Origin: Ylistrum balloti
Lineage: Eukaryota
Direction of reading: 5' to 3'
Assembly (NCBI RefSeq): GCF_031769215.1
Contig: NW_026782198.1
Location: forward strand, 186,001-250,000
Length of the DNA: 64,000 nt
Shown here: positions 1 to 13,237 of the stretch, piece by piece
How positions within the stretch are numbered: position 1 is the first letter of the stretch
Layout: every line of letters starts with the position of its first letter
The notes under the pieces: model-generated
The model's database searches: none
What the model was told of the DNA's origin: nothing
The model's input: only the letters and a program-made list of their open reading frames with translations
Translations under genes and position numbers: made by a program

Positions 1-3000
1 TTCGCTATCTACAACCTTATTGTTTTGCCTACAAATAGAAGCGACGAAAACATTTCAAGTGAAAAATGGTTGTCATTATGATTTCAATCATGTGCTTTGC
101 CAGATCGTATGTTCTTGGACGCCCATCTGCAGCCGGGGGAAAATGCACTATAAAATGCGATCTCGTCGTGGAAAAACTCCAATTGGCACCACAACCGGCA
201 TGACATCAGCGCCCTAATCGAAGGTTTAATCCCATTAGTACGCTGAATGATAGGAGTGATGAATGGGGGTGACCAGTGGAAAACGATCGCCATCAGGATC
301 TCCGCGCCATGGTCCTTGGTCGAGTGTTAGGAGGTGTAAACACCTTTGACACATTGGTTTAAACAGTTTATACCCTGGCTCTCCAACGCCCGCTTCACAA
401 ACACATTCATAGTCATATTACGTTCACACTACGTCGAAATAAAAGTTTGATTCCAAATCGATGAAAAATGTATTTGTTTTGTTATATCCATTTTCACCTT
501 TCCTATTGTCGAACGATATTATTTTTTTGTAATATTTTGTTACTTTTTGCATCTATGAAATTCATTTACATATATGTAGTTGAGAAACAATTTGACCCCC
601 AATAAAAATAAACAATTTTAACACAGAAGCAATACAACAAAAATGTGCAAATATGGTAAAAAGATTAATGTCCATTCTAACACAGTCCTTATATTGAACG
701 AAAGGAGATTGTAACAAGATCTGGTTTTAAACACAAGCCTGATTGATTGATGCTTTCAAATAATAATGATAAGAAATAAAACTACCACCATCTTCATAAC
801 TATAAAGAATTTAAGGACATTTTTAGGCAGGAATGTACATATATAAACATCAAGTTTCCTTCAGACAGAAAACAAAAAGGCAGATCTTGCTGTAGGGTAA
901 GTTTGATGTTTAGATCAAATAATTTTCGTATGAACCACAAATAGAACCATTACTGCGGAAAATGTTCTTATTTCATGGAGACTGGGTCTAATGGATATTA
1001 TTGGATTATAAACCATCAAGGACCATCTTGTTATATACTGTTGGAGATTATATCTGGACCACCCAATTATCTATCGATCCTTTATCAGGGTAAACACAGG
1101 AAAATAGTCTTAATAGGCCACAGCAGTTCTATCTTATATCGAACATATCACTCCTTAAAAAGTCATACCGATTTTTTTAAATTTTCATTTTGTAGTTTCA
1201 TTGTTAATATATCACTGCATTACCTTTATAGATCTATATACATATACTGTCTAGTTTTAAGGATGTATGAAAAAATAATTCAAAATGTTATATTATAATT
1301 AAATTTTCCCTTATCGTCTTATATTTTATTATAAGCTTTTGTCTTGTATGTATTTGTACTTGACAAACTATGCTCTGGGAAATATTTTATCTATTCCTTT
1401 TGATAATGTATCGAATTCTATAAAATAATCTCTCTCTTTATGTACATTCTAGAACTGAACAGAAACTATACACATTAGCTCCAGAAGTATTCGATGCGGA
1501 AGTCAGTAATTTCAACGATAAACTTGCCATGCTAATGGACACCATTATCATAAGTGCCTTTATTTTTTTACTCAACAACATACAACTTGTATTAAATGAA
1601 TCAACATGTATTTACATTAATTTTCTCTGAAATGTAAACCACTGCATTTTCGCTGGATATGTTTTTTCACGTTGAAATATCAAGGTATCGTTCTAACGAA
1701 ATAGCCTTCTCAAAGCGCGGAGTCAACTTGAAAATTCTACGAGAATAAACGGTATTACACAGAGTATTTCGATTATCTGTTTTCTGTATATAAATAGTTT
1801 TTTTTGTTTGTTCACTTATAGGACCATGAAATTACCCTAATTAAGAAATCTTGGGATTGTCGAAAAACCTGTATTCTACAGACACATTTTAAGACGGTCA
1901 GGACATTTAAACTATTGTTTACATGAAATTTTTAAAGGCACATCTTAAGACGGTTTTAGTGTCTGTTACATTGTATAGACACATTGAGGATTCATATGTA
2001 CCTATACTTTTGTAGATAAAAGGTTGGTGAAAATTATCACCATTCCATTTTGTATCCCGTATCCACTATATAACACTTCTCCTGTATCCACGGAGATCTC
2101 CAATCGGCCTATATAGTCCACACCATCATACTAGATATCAGCCAGATCGGTCCCTATAGATTGCCTGATCCATTGTGGATTATTTCTTGGTGATCCCACG
2201 GGGATCATCCACTACGCCATCAGCACTCAGATCCTACCATTCAGGGTCATGTCAGTCGCCGTGGTAAGGCTGATCCCTAAAGTTAGCCCCACTGATCTAA
2301 CGTTCACGATGCACAGGTTTGTGATATTGTTATTTTATTAACTCCATAATTAAGGTGATGCTGGGTTAAACTTTGGCGGAACAGCTGGAACTGTAGACCG
2401 GTCGGCGACTGGTCCCTGCGTTGCTCCCACACCCTTCGCCCTTTTAACGACACACTAGTTCTTTGATGAAAAATAACACGCTATCTCATGAATTCGTCTC
2501 TTCATAAATTACATCTAATTGTTTGCTTTTTGTTACTTTTTAGCTATTTTAACTGTTAATTGCATTGTACAATTTCTTGGTACTTCAGAAATAGACAATT
2601 ATGCATTCATAATTGATGATCAAATTTACTGAAATGACACAGCTTTGAATTTTTGTATAGACCAAACTGCTGATATAATATTCATATTAACTTCTATTCT
2701 TTTGTGTCGAAGGAAAAGAAAACAAACCCAAAAACGTGCCCAGTGCCTTTCATTTCTGTTTAAATAGGATTTTTTTCCAAAGAACGGAATCAGCTAGTCA
2801 TTTCTTATTCCTTTTGAGGTGGTCTTTTTCACCGCGATCGATGCTATGATTATCTGCCAATTGTATAAATTTTTAACGTCGTGCAAGGTGAACATGTTTC
2901 CCCAATTACAGGACATTTGTCACACTAGCCTATTGGATCAAAGGCTTACCCACGAACTTTATTGTAACAACCTTCACTCTTCCTTTCACTCTGGTGTTGC

Positions 3001-6000
3001 GTAACTGACCTTCTGTTTGGTAACAACGCAAATAGACGTTTTGATAAAATATTCACCTTTCGATCTACTATCAGTATATTTTCGTTTGTTTGATGTCATT
3101 TTGTTTTTTATTTATTTGAACACCATTTGTGGCCATGATGACCTTTTTTGTGCTGTTATAAATGCATAATCCAATTTTCCTAGTAAGGAATAAATATAGA
3201 GAGAGTGTTACGCCGTATACATGGAGATCAGGTCATCGAAAGTTGATACCCGTGAACTAGCCATAACCAGAACGGCCGTGAAATATTGTCCCCGCGAAAT
3301 TAAGCAACTATAGTGTATTTCAAAGATGTATATTTTGGAAAGTATTTACTTACATATCCTTAAAGAGATATTACCTCTGATTGTTACTACAAAGTTTGTT
3401 GTTTACAAGTTCTGTATTTCATTTTTAGAGATTGAAAAAAAAAATTCAAAAATGGATATCTAGAAAATGTTATCAAGAGAGGGGAAAATAGGTTTGTGGA
3501 ATTTTCTGTCGTTTTTGTTGAAAGCTTTTACCGAATTTCTGATAAAACATGAATCACCGCAATAAAGATTTAAGTTGACTTTTAGGTATCATGAAATACA
3601 TGCACTTCTTTTTCTTTTTGCCTCTCTTGTTAGCATACAAAGACAGTGTAGATTTAGGGTATAATAACAATTTGATTTTGAAAAAAATATCACCATATGA
3701 CAGCTTTCTGCATAACAAAAGAAAATATATCTTCATTAAAACGCGATGAACATCAACTATGAAAGTATCAGGAATTTGCAAAGAAGATCGACCGTTAAGT
3801 GTGTTTTACGAGCTTCCAGATCATAAAACCCACACCAAATTTCTCCTAGGCATAGCAATTGGATTTCGCCCCATAGACATTTGTAAGACACCGACATCGT
3901 AGGCAAAATGTACACCCCACAAGGGACAGACTGTCCAAGTAAGTTTAAATATTGTACCTAATAAGATAATAGTCTTCTCTTGAACGAGATGAGAAGGCAG
4001 GTTGATGAATATTCACGAATTTCATTTCAACTGGGACCACAAGTTAGGCTAATCCTGAATTGGAATTACTTGCCCGAGTGTGTATGCCTTTCTGTAGATG
4101 TGTATTGTTGCGCTAACGATAAGCTCGCGGGGGAAATTAAGCCTGGCCTAATCGACGGACAGCCTACCATGCTATAGAGAAGTAGAAATCGGTGATGTAT
4201 TTGTTACATGTTTCCCTGGAGGGTAGCTAAACCCCTAGTCGGGTAGCAAACACTAGACACTTATCGCAACATAATGCTCATGGAAGTGTTTAATAGGGAA
4301 AAAAACATCACCTGATTGTTTGGAAAACGGGCCTACAACACCCCCGGGGCTTCTGACAAAACGCTGATTAGGTGTGTATACCTGGCGGCTCATCAGGATA
4401 CCTAAAGCATGTAATGACTAGGGGATCGTTTCATCACCTGTAACCAGCTAGGCCGTTAAGTTGCGCGCTTTCTTTCAACAGCTATTTAGCACGAAACTGC
4501 AATGTGGGACTCACATATAAAAAGGGGATTCACATTGCTTTACTTAAGTGATTGCTGTCATTTTCCTGTTTATTGCACAATCCATTACAAAACAATGCAT
4601 AAAATGTGACACAAGAAACATTCACACATACCAAGGCAGGAAACGTTTTATGGGGGTATAGTAAATATACTGAAAATAGAACTCTTGAAAAATGGCTTAA
4701 ACATATTTTCTTGATTTATTCTCTTGTTTATTTTCATTCATTTATTTGAAAAAAAAATCTTTTAAAAAGCACAAGGGAATCTTTTTACCAATTAAGGCAT
4801 AATGATAATACTGAAAGAATGTGGTGGTTTTACCTTATCATCAATAATATTAATTAAACATGTTTTGAGCAATGTTAAGAGACAGATCGTTCATTTTGAT
4901 AAATATTTTTATGTATACTGATTTTCACTGGTTTCTACTTTTTATTTAGTTATATACGGTACAATACATTTAATCTATTTTATTAACCAGCTGAAAAAAA
5001 TCAATATCTAAAATATCATATCATGAATATTCTCTAAAAAGTTCATTCTCAATAACGTATTTGTAAACTGGAGTCATACCCTAACATCACCAGTTTTCTG
5101 TTTATATACAGCCAAACTCAAGCGCCGTGTAATTTTCTTTGATATTATACAGTAGTACGAGATTATAAAACATTCGTAATTCATCGCCTAACGGCAACAA
5201 CAGATGAGCTTTTGAATTGACGGAGTCAAGATATGAATTTTGTAGGAGTTTGCTACTCCGCTAGTCTAGCGTCACCTGTTAACTGTGGGTATAGTTTGTC
5301 GTGCTGCATGCAATCCCATGACACTTTTTCTCTCTTCATGGCTTCTCATCGATTTTTTCTCTCCGTATGAATAAAAGATGACGAAATATATAAATAATTT
5401 GTGCCTATCCATTTAGTAACCGTTGCGACTAAAGGTCCAATCGCGAATGACTCCACTGGGAAAAAACGACTCCACAGGGAAAGCAGATTCCCGGCCATCC
5501 TAACAATGGACGGTTGTATATGTTCAAGTCGTATATTTCTTATGAGCCTATCGTAAAAGGAAATTTGGAAGAAAAACAAAGCAGGGTTATATGAATGTAA
5601 GATGTTGCCCGTATTAATACCTTTTAGCTTTTGTTCGAGAGATCATCTCATAAAACGTTACAGTCGATCATAAGAAGAATAATATCATATGCCATGTTAT
5701 ATATACAAGTTGATGGTATCTAGTGCATATTGAACGGATGTGACGAAACATTTTAATCTTAACCGAATCTTAAGTAACAGGGAAGTGTAAACAAACCATG
5801 AGAAATTGTAACTGAAGATAATTCGATCCTAATGATGATTATAAAAACGGTGTGACTCAACTCAAAATATTAACGAAGCTATATACTTGTTGACGAGTTA
5901 AAAGTCAACAACGGGTCACGTTAAAGAATAGATAATTACACTAAGATCTGACGTAAAGAAAGCTCCCGTGTAGAAGCCAATGTGTGTTTAATAAGCATAC

Positions 6001-9000
6001 CGTATCGCTTTATCGATCGAGCTTTTGTTGTAGTCTGGGCCTGACTCTCAGTCATTTTATGTCACTGTTACCAGGGATAAGTCTACGTCTATACGAAACG
6101 CTATGTTTTATGCGATGTTGTTCCAATGACACAACGTTTCGACGCAGTTATGAAGCCGAGCATATATACACACGACTTAAATCATTCTCCCGTCATTGTT
6201 TATTCGAATTTGACAATGATGAAAATCTCGCACCGTTCATTTTATCTAGTCGTTGAGAACACGTTAAATATCATAATGTCAGAATACTAACTACATCCTT
6301 AAGCATAATAGGAGCAATACCGCATTCGCTGCCAATGCGATAAGCAAGAACATATTTCCTTCTTGTCGTAAAGATTCCTTAATTATACAAAATTTCCTGC
6401 ATTAAGATATTTTTCATAGGCAAACAGCTTCTTGAAGGACGCTCTAGTTTTTAAATAATTTACTGTTAAAAACACATCATTACTTAAAATTGAATCTCTT
6501 GTACACAGACAGAAGTGTCCAATCCGATTTATTCTTCTCACTAAGTGGAACGTGCATTTATGCCGAATTTTCCAATTAACTGTAAGCAATATAGGCATTT
6601 TTAGAAAGACAATTTCAAAACATTTGATAAGAATATCATATAACATCATTTAGCTGTTTCTGTAGTTTCGCGTGGAATAGAAACATCCAGCATCAGATAT
6701 CTTCCAAGTGCTCCAAGTCAATACCCAGACTTAGAGCCACTCCAACTCGGCAAGACCTCATCAGCCGTATTGTGAAGAGCATCCAAGAAGAATGAAGAGT
6801 CATTATTCACATCACTAGTAGCCTGGCTTTCCAACAAAACTGCCTAATATGTCTTAGAACCTAATTTATTATAGAATTTCCTTTAGCACACTTCTTGTCA
6901 TATTCACAATAGTTGCCGGTCTAAGATTAAAGCTATCGTCAGAGCACAAGGACTGAGCTAGACGGACATGACCATGAAGCGACACTGGTGACAGAAGAAT
7001 TACCCGCTATCATTCTGGAGTTAAACTGGACAATATAATTATCTGTTGATACAAGTGAAACAGGAAAGTGACATTAGACACAGGACAAACGGGAAACAGT
7101 TGATGGCATTACCGTCAAATGACTCTACTGAGTCTGGCACTGTGCTCTTATCTAGTCTGGGAAGTGGGTTAGCCTTCATTCAAGAACCTCTCTACAAACG
7201 ACACCGCGCGTTAAAACGTATCTAAACGTTGGCTCTAAAAATTCAAATAGGACATTTACGGATAAAGATCAGCCATACTAAAAATTGCTAAGAGAACAAT
7301 TCCTACGGTCTAAACAATGCCTCATTGCATTCCAGCATTCCTTAGCATTGATCAAGATTTAGCTAAATATAATTTGCAGTAGGAATGCCGCGATAACCCC
7401 TACGCTGGCGATAGAAGCACATGAATGTAGTTTACCGTAAATCGAATTAGTCGTTTCACATTAAAGATCTGGACATTACTTTCTACATATCATACTACTT
7501 AGGCTACCGCGAGGACAATTTCACAATTATATCAATGCCCGTGGTCCCAATAAGGCGCCTCATGAAAGAGATCGTCACCTTCTACAAATTACTAGTCTTA
7601 CTTCAGCATATTTATAATGATATATATCCTCCGTATAAATACATAAGTAAGAAAAACAAATTTGACTTTTTCTCCTTTACCGGTCTACCAGTAAGGGCAC
7701 AAACAATAACGATTAAGGAAGGAAATACAGGAAAAACCAACAAAACTTCATAACTGTCAGCCATTCGGCCAAATTCCTGCCATAACACACTTAGTCCCCT
7801 CAGACACATAAATCTGGCCTGCAAAAATGTCGGAGGATGAAGCTTTACGAGTTTTGTGAGTAAATAAAAACCAATCACAATATTAAAAATGCATGAAAGG
7901 CCAGTTTTCTAGATACGCGATCGCCAAATTCTGACAAGCCATTATTAAGTTTGGGTCAAGAGAAAGGTGTATACTGACTGTTATTCTTGTCTTTTTATAT
8001 GTACGAACGAATATTTAGAGCCCGTCCATGTCTTAATAGATAGAGAAAAAATACACTGATGTATATACAAAGACAACTTTATCTCCGACGAGTTAGATTT
8101 AATATAATTTTTCATCACATGGGGAACGATTTAGGTCGCCCTGTGTACTGCGACGGTCCTGGGTCACATCGACTAGACATCACCTCACGTTGTGGCGATA
8201 ACACACATGAAAAATTCAGCATTACAGTTTTATTACATATTATGACTGGAAGGAACATAGGTACATCCAAACTCTTTTTCGTACATTTTTTTCATGATTC
8301 ATCATTTGCTTTCCTTGTTTCGAAGTTTTTCATTCATAACTAGAAAAGTATGGTATACCAGCTTGTCAACATTTGCCGTGTCACGGAGTGGTGCTTGAAA
8401 GTATTGTACAAAAGACACACAATGAAACCTTGTTTAACAGTAAAACATTGTTGCTTTCCTAATTGTTATAGTATTGCCCCTATTGTACATACATTTATTT
8501 TCGCATTATTTGCTTTTTGTCTTCTTACTAGTAACCATGTTTTAAGTCGAATTCATCAACGTTTTTATTGACTTTCCACAGAAATATCTCCATTTATAAG
8601 TTTTGAAACAAGTTTTAATTGTTTCATTCACAATGAGTGAAACAATGTTGAAAAATTACACATACATAATAATATTAAATATTTTAAAATCCTTCTCATC
8701 ATCAGGACCATAATAACTTTTCCACAGCTTTCTTTTATCATATAAAGTGAGTCACCTATATTTAATTTCAAATTATGTATAAATGTATAAATCAAACCCC
8801 TTTCAACAAACCAAAAAAGAAATGATATAGATAAGAAAGCCCAGGATTTATACAAAATGGAATTTACTTTATGAATTACAACCAATAACCTCAATTCATG
8901 TATTATCATTATTAGTTAAATTTAATCTTTTAATTATTTTATTCTTTATTGATTTATTTTCTCTTTATGAACCCGTTAAACTTATTGCACTTTGATTATG

Positions 9001-9564
9001 ACCTGTAATTACAACGGATTTTAAATTCTATAATGTTATAATACCTTTCCTCTTGATTGACAGCTGGTTTTCCTACCACTAATACAATAGATGTCTTACA
9101 AATACAAATTACAATGAAATGTATTCCATGTTTATTTTTTACACAGAAGTCATCGTCATTAATACAGGTTTGACTCAGCACCGGCGATGACCAGCTGTCG
9201 TTTACAATGACTCTGTACCTCATTTACCCATCAAGAGGCTTCTACCGTGGTTAAGCTTATATCCCCCGTACAACTCATTCATTAACAAAATTACAAGACT
9301 GTTGTGGATAGCCTGAACATGTGGTACTCTAGGGAATATCAGATCAACTATTTATCTACTAAAGCATACCCGATATCATCAGGACTTCGGTAGACAACGC
9401 TCCTGGTAATGTGAAAGATTCAGCGTTAATTCAAATTAAACTTGATTCACATTCTGCGGAAATAATGGAACCATGGCCCGGCCAGCACTGAGTAACATTG
9501 TTTATTAAAATCATAATTCCGATTCGCATTTGATTTCTATGGTGCGCATCGGCATTAACGGTAC

Positions 9565-9640
9565 AAGATGGGGGAGATTCGAACCAGTGTTCATTCAGGC
9601 ATGAGACAGTGGTCCCAAATGCATTAGACTATCTATAGAT
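9565..9640 (-). pseudogene. tRNA-like SINE head or tRNA pseudogene remnant
   Basis: B-box GGTTCGAATC (9585-9576) and A-box-like TAGTCTAATG (9631-9622). No convincing cloverleaf. Confidence 0.35.
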
Positions 9641-11794
9641 ACTTGTTGTTGGCGTAAAGAAATCATAAATAAGAATGCGTACTATCTCTCTTTATGAAAA
9701 TAAATATCATAGGGAATATGGAAAAAAATATCAGTATTTTCTCTAAGAATATCCTTTGAAACTGTGTTTATTTCCTTTTAATTTTTATGCATGATTTTAA
9801 AGGAAATTATGTATAAGTTAGAGAACGTTTCAGACAACGGTTTAATACCACAGGGACACAGTAACTATTATGTATTCATGACGTACTCACCTTATTTGTC
9901 TATAAAAACAAACCCTATTCGTTCTAGTAGCATTATTTCTTCTGTCTAATTAAATAATTAATTGGAATGTGTATTTTTGTAACGAAATTTGCTTAGAGTG
10001 ATAGGGAGCGGATCATTTGATTTATTTGTTGTTGTTGCTGCTGAAGCTTTTTTTTTTGTCGATAAAATCCTTGAAAATATCAAATTTTAGATACTGACAT
10101 TTGCGCACTTAGACAACTAAAAACTAGTAACCATAGTGATAGACTATAGACATAGTTTAATGCGGGAAATTCATTTTATTTTCCAAATTGGAAAGACAAT
10201 TTGTTCACTGCAAGTCTGTCACGGATGACAGTCATGTCGCTTAGTGATGAAATATTTATTATGTTGACAAACTGAACATAGCTAGTATTATTATTGTGAT
10301 CAGAGTTAAGAGGTCATTAAAATCACCTGAGCGAAACACGCCTTTGGAAGCTCAATATCAATATTAACACACACCACACTGTGACTAGCTGTAACATGAT
10401 GCTAGGCATGCTCCCTACCTGAAGCCACCGTTACGGTAGCTAGGAGGAATGAAGTTGCCAACATCTTCATTAATAATGTATTTAATTTTCAGGTCTATGA
10501 AACATAGTAGTCCGCATCACGAACGGTAAAAACAATGGAAATCAACATCTAGCATCGCTTACAGAAACCACGTCAACACTATGTAATCAGAAACAGAAAC
10601 CTAACAAAGACAAACACGGAGCAAAATTATTTTAAAAGATAAATTTTCGAAAGTGATATTTATGTGTCATCGTTGTTAAAATCGACATTTTACTTGCTTA
10701 TCAACTTTAAAATTTAAGATATGACAAAATGTACCCCATATCCAAATTCGAAAATGTACTTACTAATCTAAATATAAGAAATAGCTAGTGTAAACACCGA
10801 TTACTCCCAATCGTAGTCTATATGAGGTAAATAACAAGAAAAATGTCACATTTGATAGACTAAATGATAGAAAGACTAATGTGATCCACCACTCAATGTT
10901 CCTTTTGACATCAATTTGACAAACATTTATAAATAAACGAAGAAACACTTCTTATGAACTTCATGCATGTATTCCTAATATATATTAAAATCAAAACCAT
11001 ATCGAATGCTGGGGGCTTGTTTGTGTTCTTTCGATCTGGCAGACTTAATCTTTTAACATATGACTCATCTCTGCACCATAATGATACATAGTGATATCAA
11101 ATACATACGGATGTCTGCAGTTTTAAAATTCCATGAAGCATTATAAAACATTCCCCATACAAACATGGCAATGACCCAGTCAGTAGTTATATCATGATTT
11201 ACTAGAACTTATAATCTAGAAATGTGATATAATGTATATTGTTGTCAGCATTGAGTGATAGTGATTTTGATTCCAGAGAAACAATTACTTGTTGACCAAG
11301 AGCGACGTGCTTGAAAAAATTCAGTTTTTGTGTTATTGTTGCCATCCTTGTTTAAAGTCTAATAATCATACTCGTGTTTTTAAGCACTACACTAGCATTA
11401 GAAGATAATAAGTACATCACTTCTCCAAACCTCTAACCTCAAGAAAAAATGCACAAAAAGGTTCAAACGGGTTAAACGTTACCACACACACACCTGTTAA
11501 GCACGGATCCATATTATGAGGTAAACCTGTCACTTACAGTTGACATAATCACGCGCTTTATGTAGTTTTCCCCCTATCTCTCAATAAATACACACCTGTG
11601 TGTTTACCTCTAATCCCAGGACTCTCACTCGCCCTCTCATGATTTTATCATAACCAGAAATAATTCACAGTCCTCTCTGATTATCACGGTGACAGACTCT
11701 GCATTTGGGAGTTGAAACGTGTAGTTTTCAAATAGAGTCGTTTCTTTCAATTAACTCTGTATTCAGAGATCGTCTATCGGTCGGCTATCAAGAA

Positions 11795-11804
11795 TCCCGG
11801 GGGA
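11795..11804. promoter_or_regulatory. Perfect COE/EBF binding palindrome TCCC-GG-GGGA in intron 6
   Basis: Exact TCCCNNGGGA inside a GC-richer patch. Confidence 0.4.
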
Positions 11805-12999
11805 GCCCGGATTACTGAAGGGTTTCCGAAACATCTCTATTCCCAGAAGAACTCTTATTTTCATTGAAGCGTGACAAAAACCAGCGTTTTAAGTGGAATT
11901 ATTTTCTCCCATAAGGATTGAAACAAAGCGAACACCATTTAATTTTCTGTCGTTCATACAACTAGGTATAGACTCAAAGCCCACCTTTACGAGTGAATAT
12001 ATACGATCTGCTCTGTCAGGAACACAAGCCGAACGGCCCACTGGGAGCTAAGGCGATCTCGTGATGCCAGAGCCGAAGAAAGCCTTTGATCAATCGGTTT
12101 TGTCTCACTGTTGTAGCTCCAATCATTCGAAAATAAAAACAATAATTACAAACTCGGAAGGTTATAGCCTTGCTCGCCTGCCGACTCTCAAGAGTACGCT
12201 TTATTTATAGACCCATGTCTTCCAAAGAACAATAGGCTTTTGTCAAGTTTACGAGGAACTAATTTCATTATTTTTTGCAAATAGTGTGATCAGTGAGCGA
12301 GATTTTATCAGCGTTAATTAGTGTTTCCAATCAACAACGAATGTCTGAAAGTTGAAAATTTGCTTTTGAAATCAAAAGAGAGAAACCACAAACGGCCATC
12401 AACCTGCCATGTAACGCCTAGTTGTAACATCCTGTATCAATATTTGTAATAAGGTCTTCTTTCATTTAGATATTCTTTTCATTCTTATTATTTATGATTT
12501 TATTTAATCATTTATATTTTTGTAAATATCCAACAAGCAGAGTACACAACACCCCACTACAGTAACGTAGTATTCCTAATAAACCTATTTGTAGCCGAAT
12601 GCATTTCATCATGCTCAAGATGTCGACTGTTGCGTATTTCCTTATTGATATACTGTAAACATTGTCTTTTTAGGGGTCAAAATTTCCGTTTTTTCCGAGG
12701 ATGGAATAAAATGGAAAAAACTAAAAAGGTATCATAGAAATAAAATCAAAACATATGTACAGATTCCATTTCACAATTTCCCTGTAAAATTCTTTATTTT
12801 ACATTATATGATTACAACGTTTCTGTATGATAAAACGTAAGATTGAACTATTCAGAACAATAACGGTATACCATGTAAGGCACTTAATTAATATGCAAGA
12901 AATCCAAAGGAAGGATGATTTTAATATTAGTTTATTCACCGTGAAAAAACACAATGTGTAGCACAGGTAAAAAATGAGCGAATTTCATTTCTGTTAATT

Positions 13000-13237
13000 A
13001 TGGGGAAATTTTACGTCGTCATAGTGATCTCATTGAAAAAATAATATTCTGTTTCTTAATGTTATAGAAAGCTGGAAATGCTTGATGCTCGTTAGTTTGC
13101 CTGTTTGTTCCGTTGCATACATTGTTCTCATTTGAAAACGTGACATAACTTACTTGGATTGACCAAGATTTACATAATGGTTGTCGTCGATGAAGCAGAA
13201 GACAATTGCTCTTCCGAAACACCTGGTCTTACTCTCC
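13000..13237 (+). repeat. 5'-truncated copy of the Penelope-like element 3' end (in COE intron 6)
   Basis: KFY.RHSDLIEK ORF end, then CTTGATGCTCGTTAG...ACTTACTTGGATTGACC...GTCGTCGATGAAGCAGAAGAC...CTTCCGAAACACCTGGTCT. Aligns with 43.0-43.2, 38.0, 44.1 and 57.1 kb. Confidence 0.75.

Noticed and set aside
4372-4402. Minus-strand CTGATGA-GCC-GCCA-GGT hammerhead-like start
   Set aside because: No GAAA and no convincing stem I or III; a single copy, so no consensus can be rebuilt.
6383-6420. YLNAGNF resembling exon 7 (CLKNAGNP)
   Set aside because: The remainder of exon 7 and its splice sites are absent.
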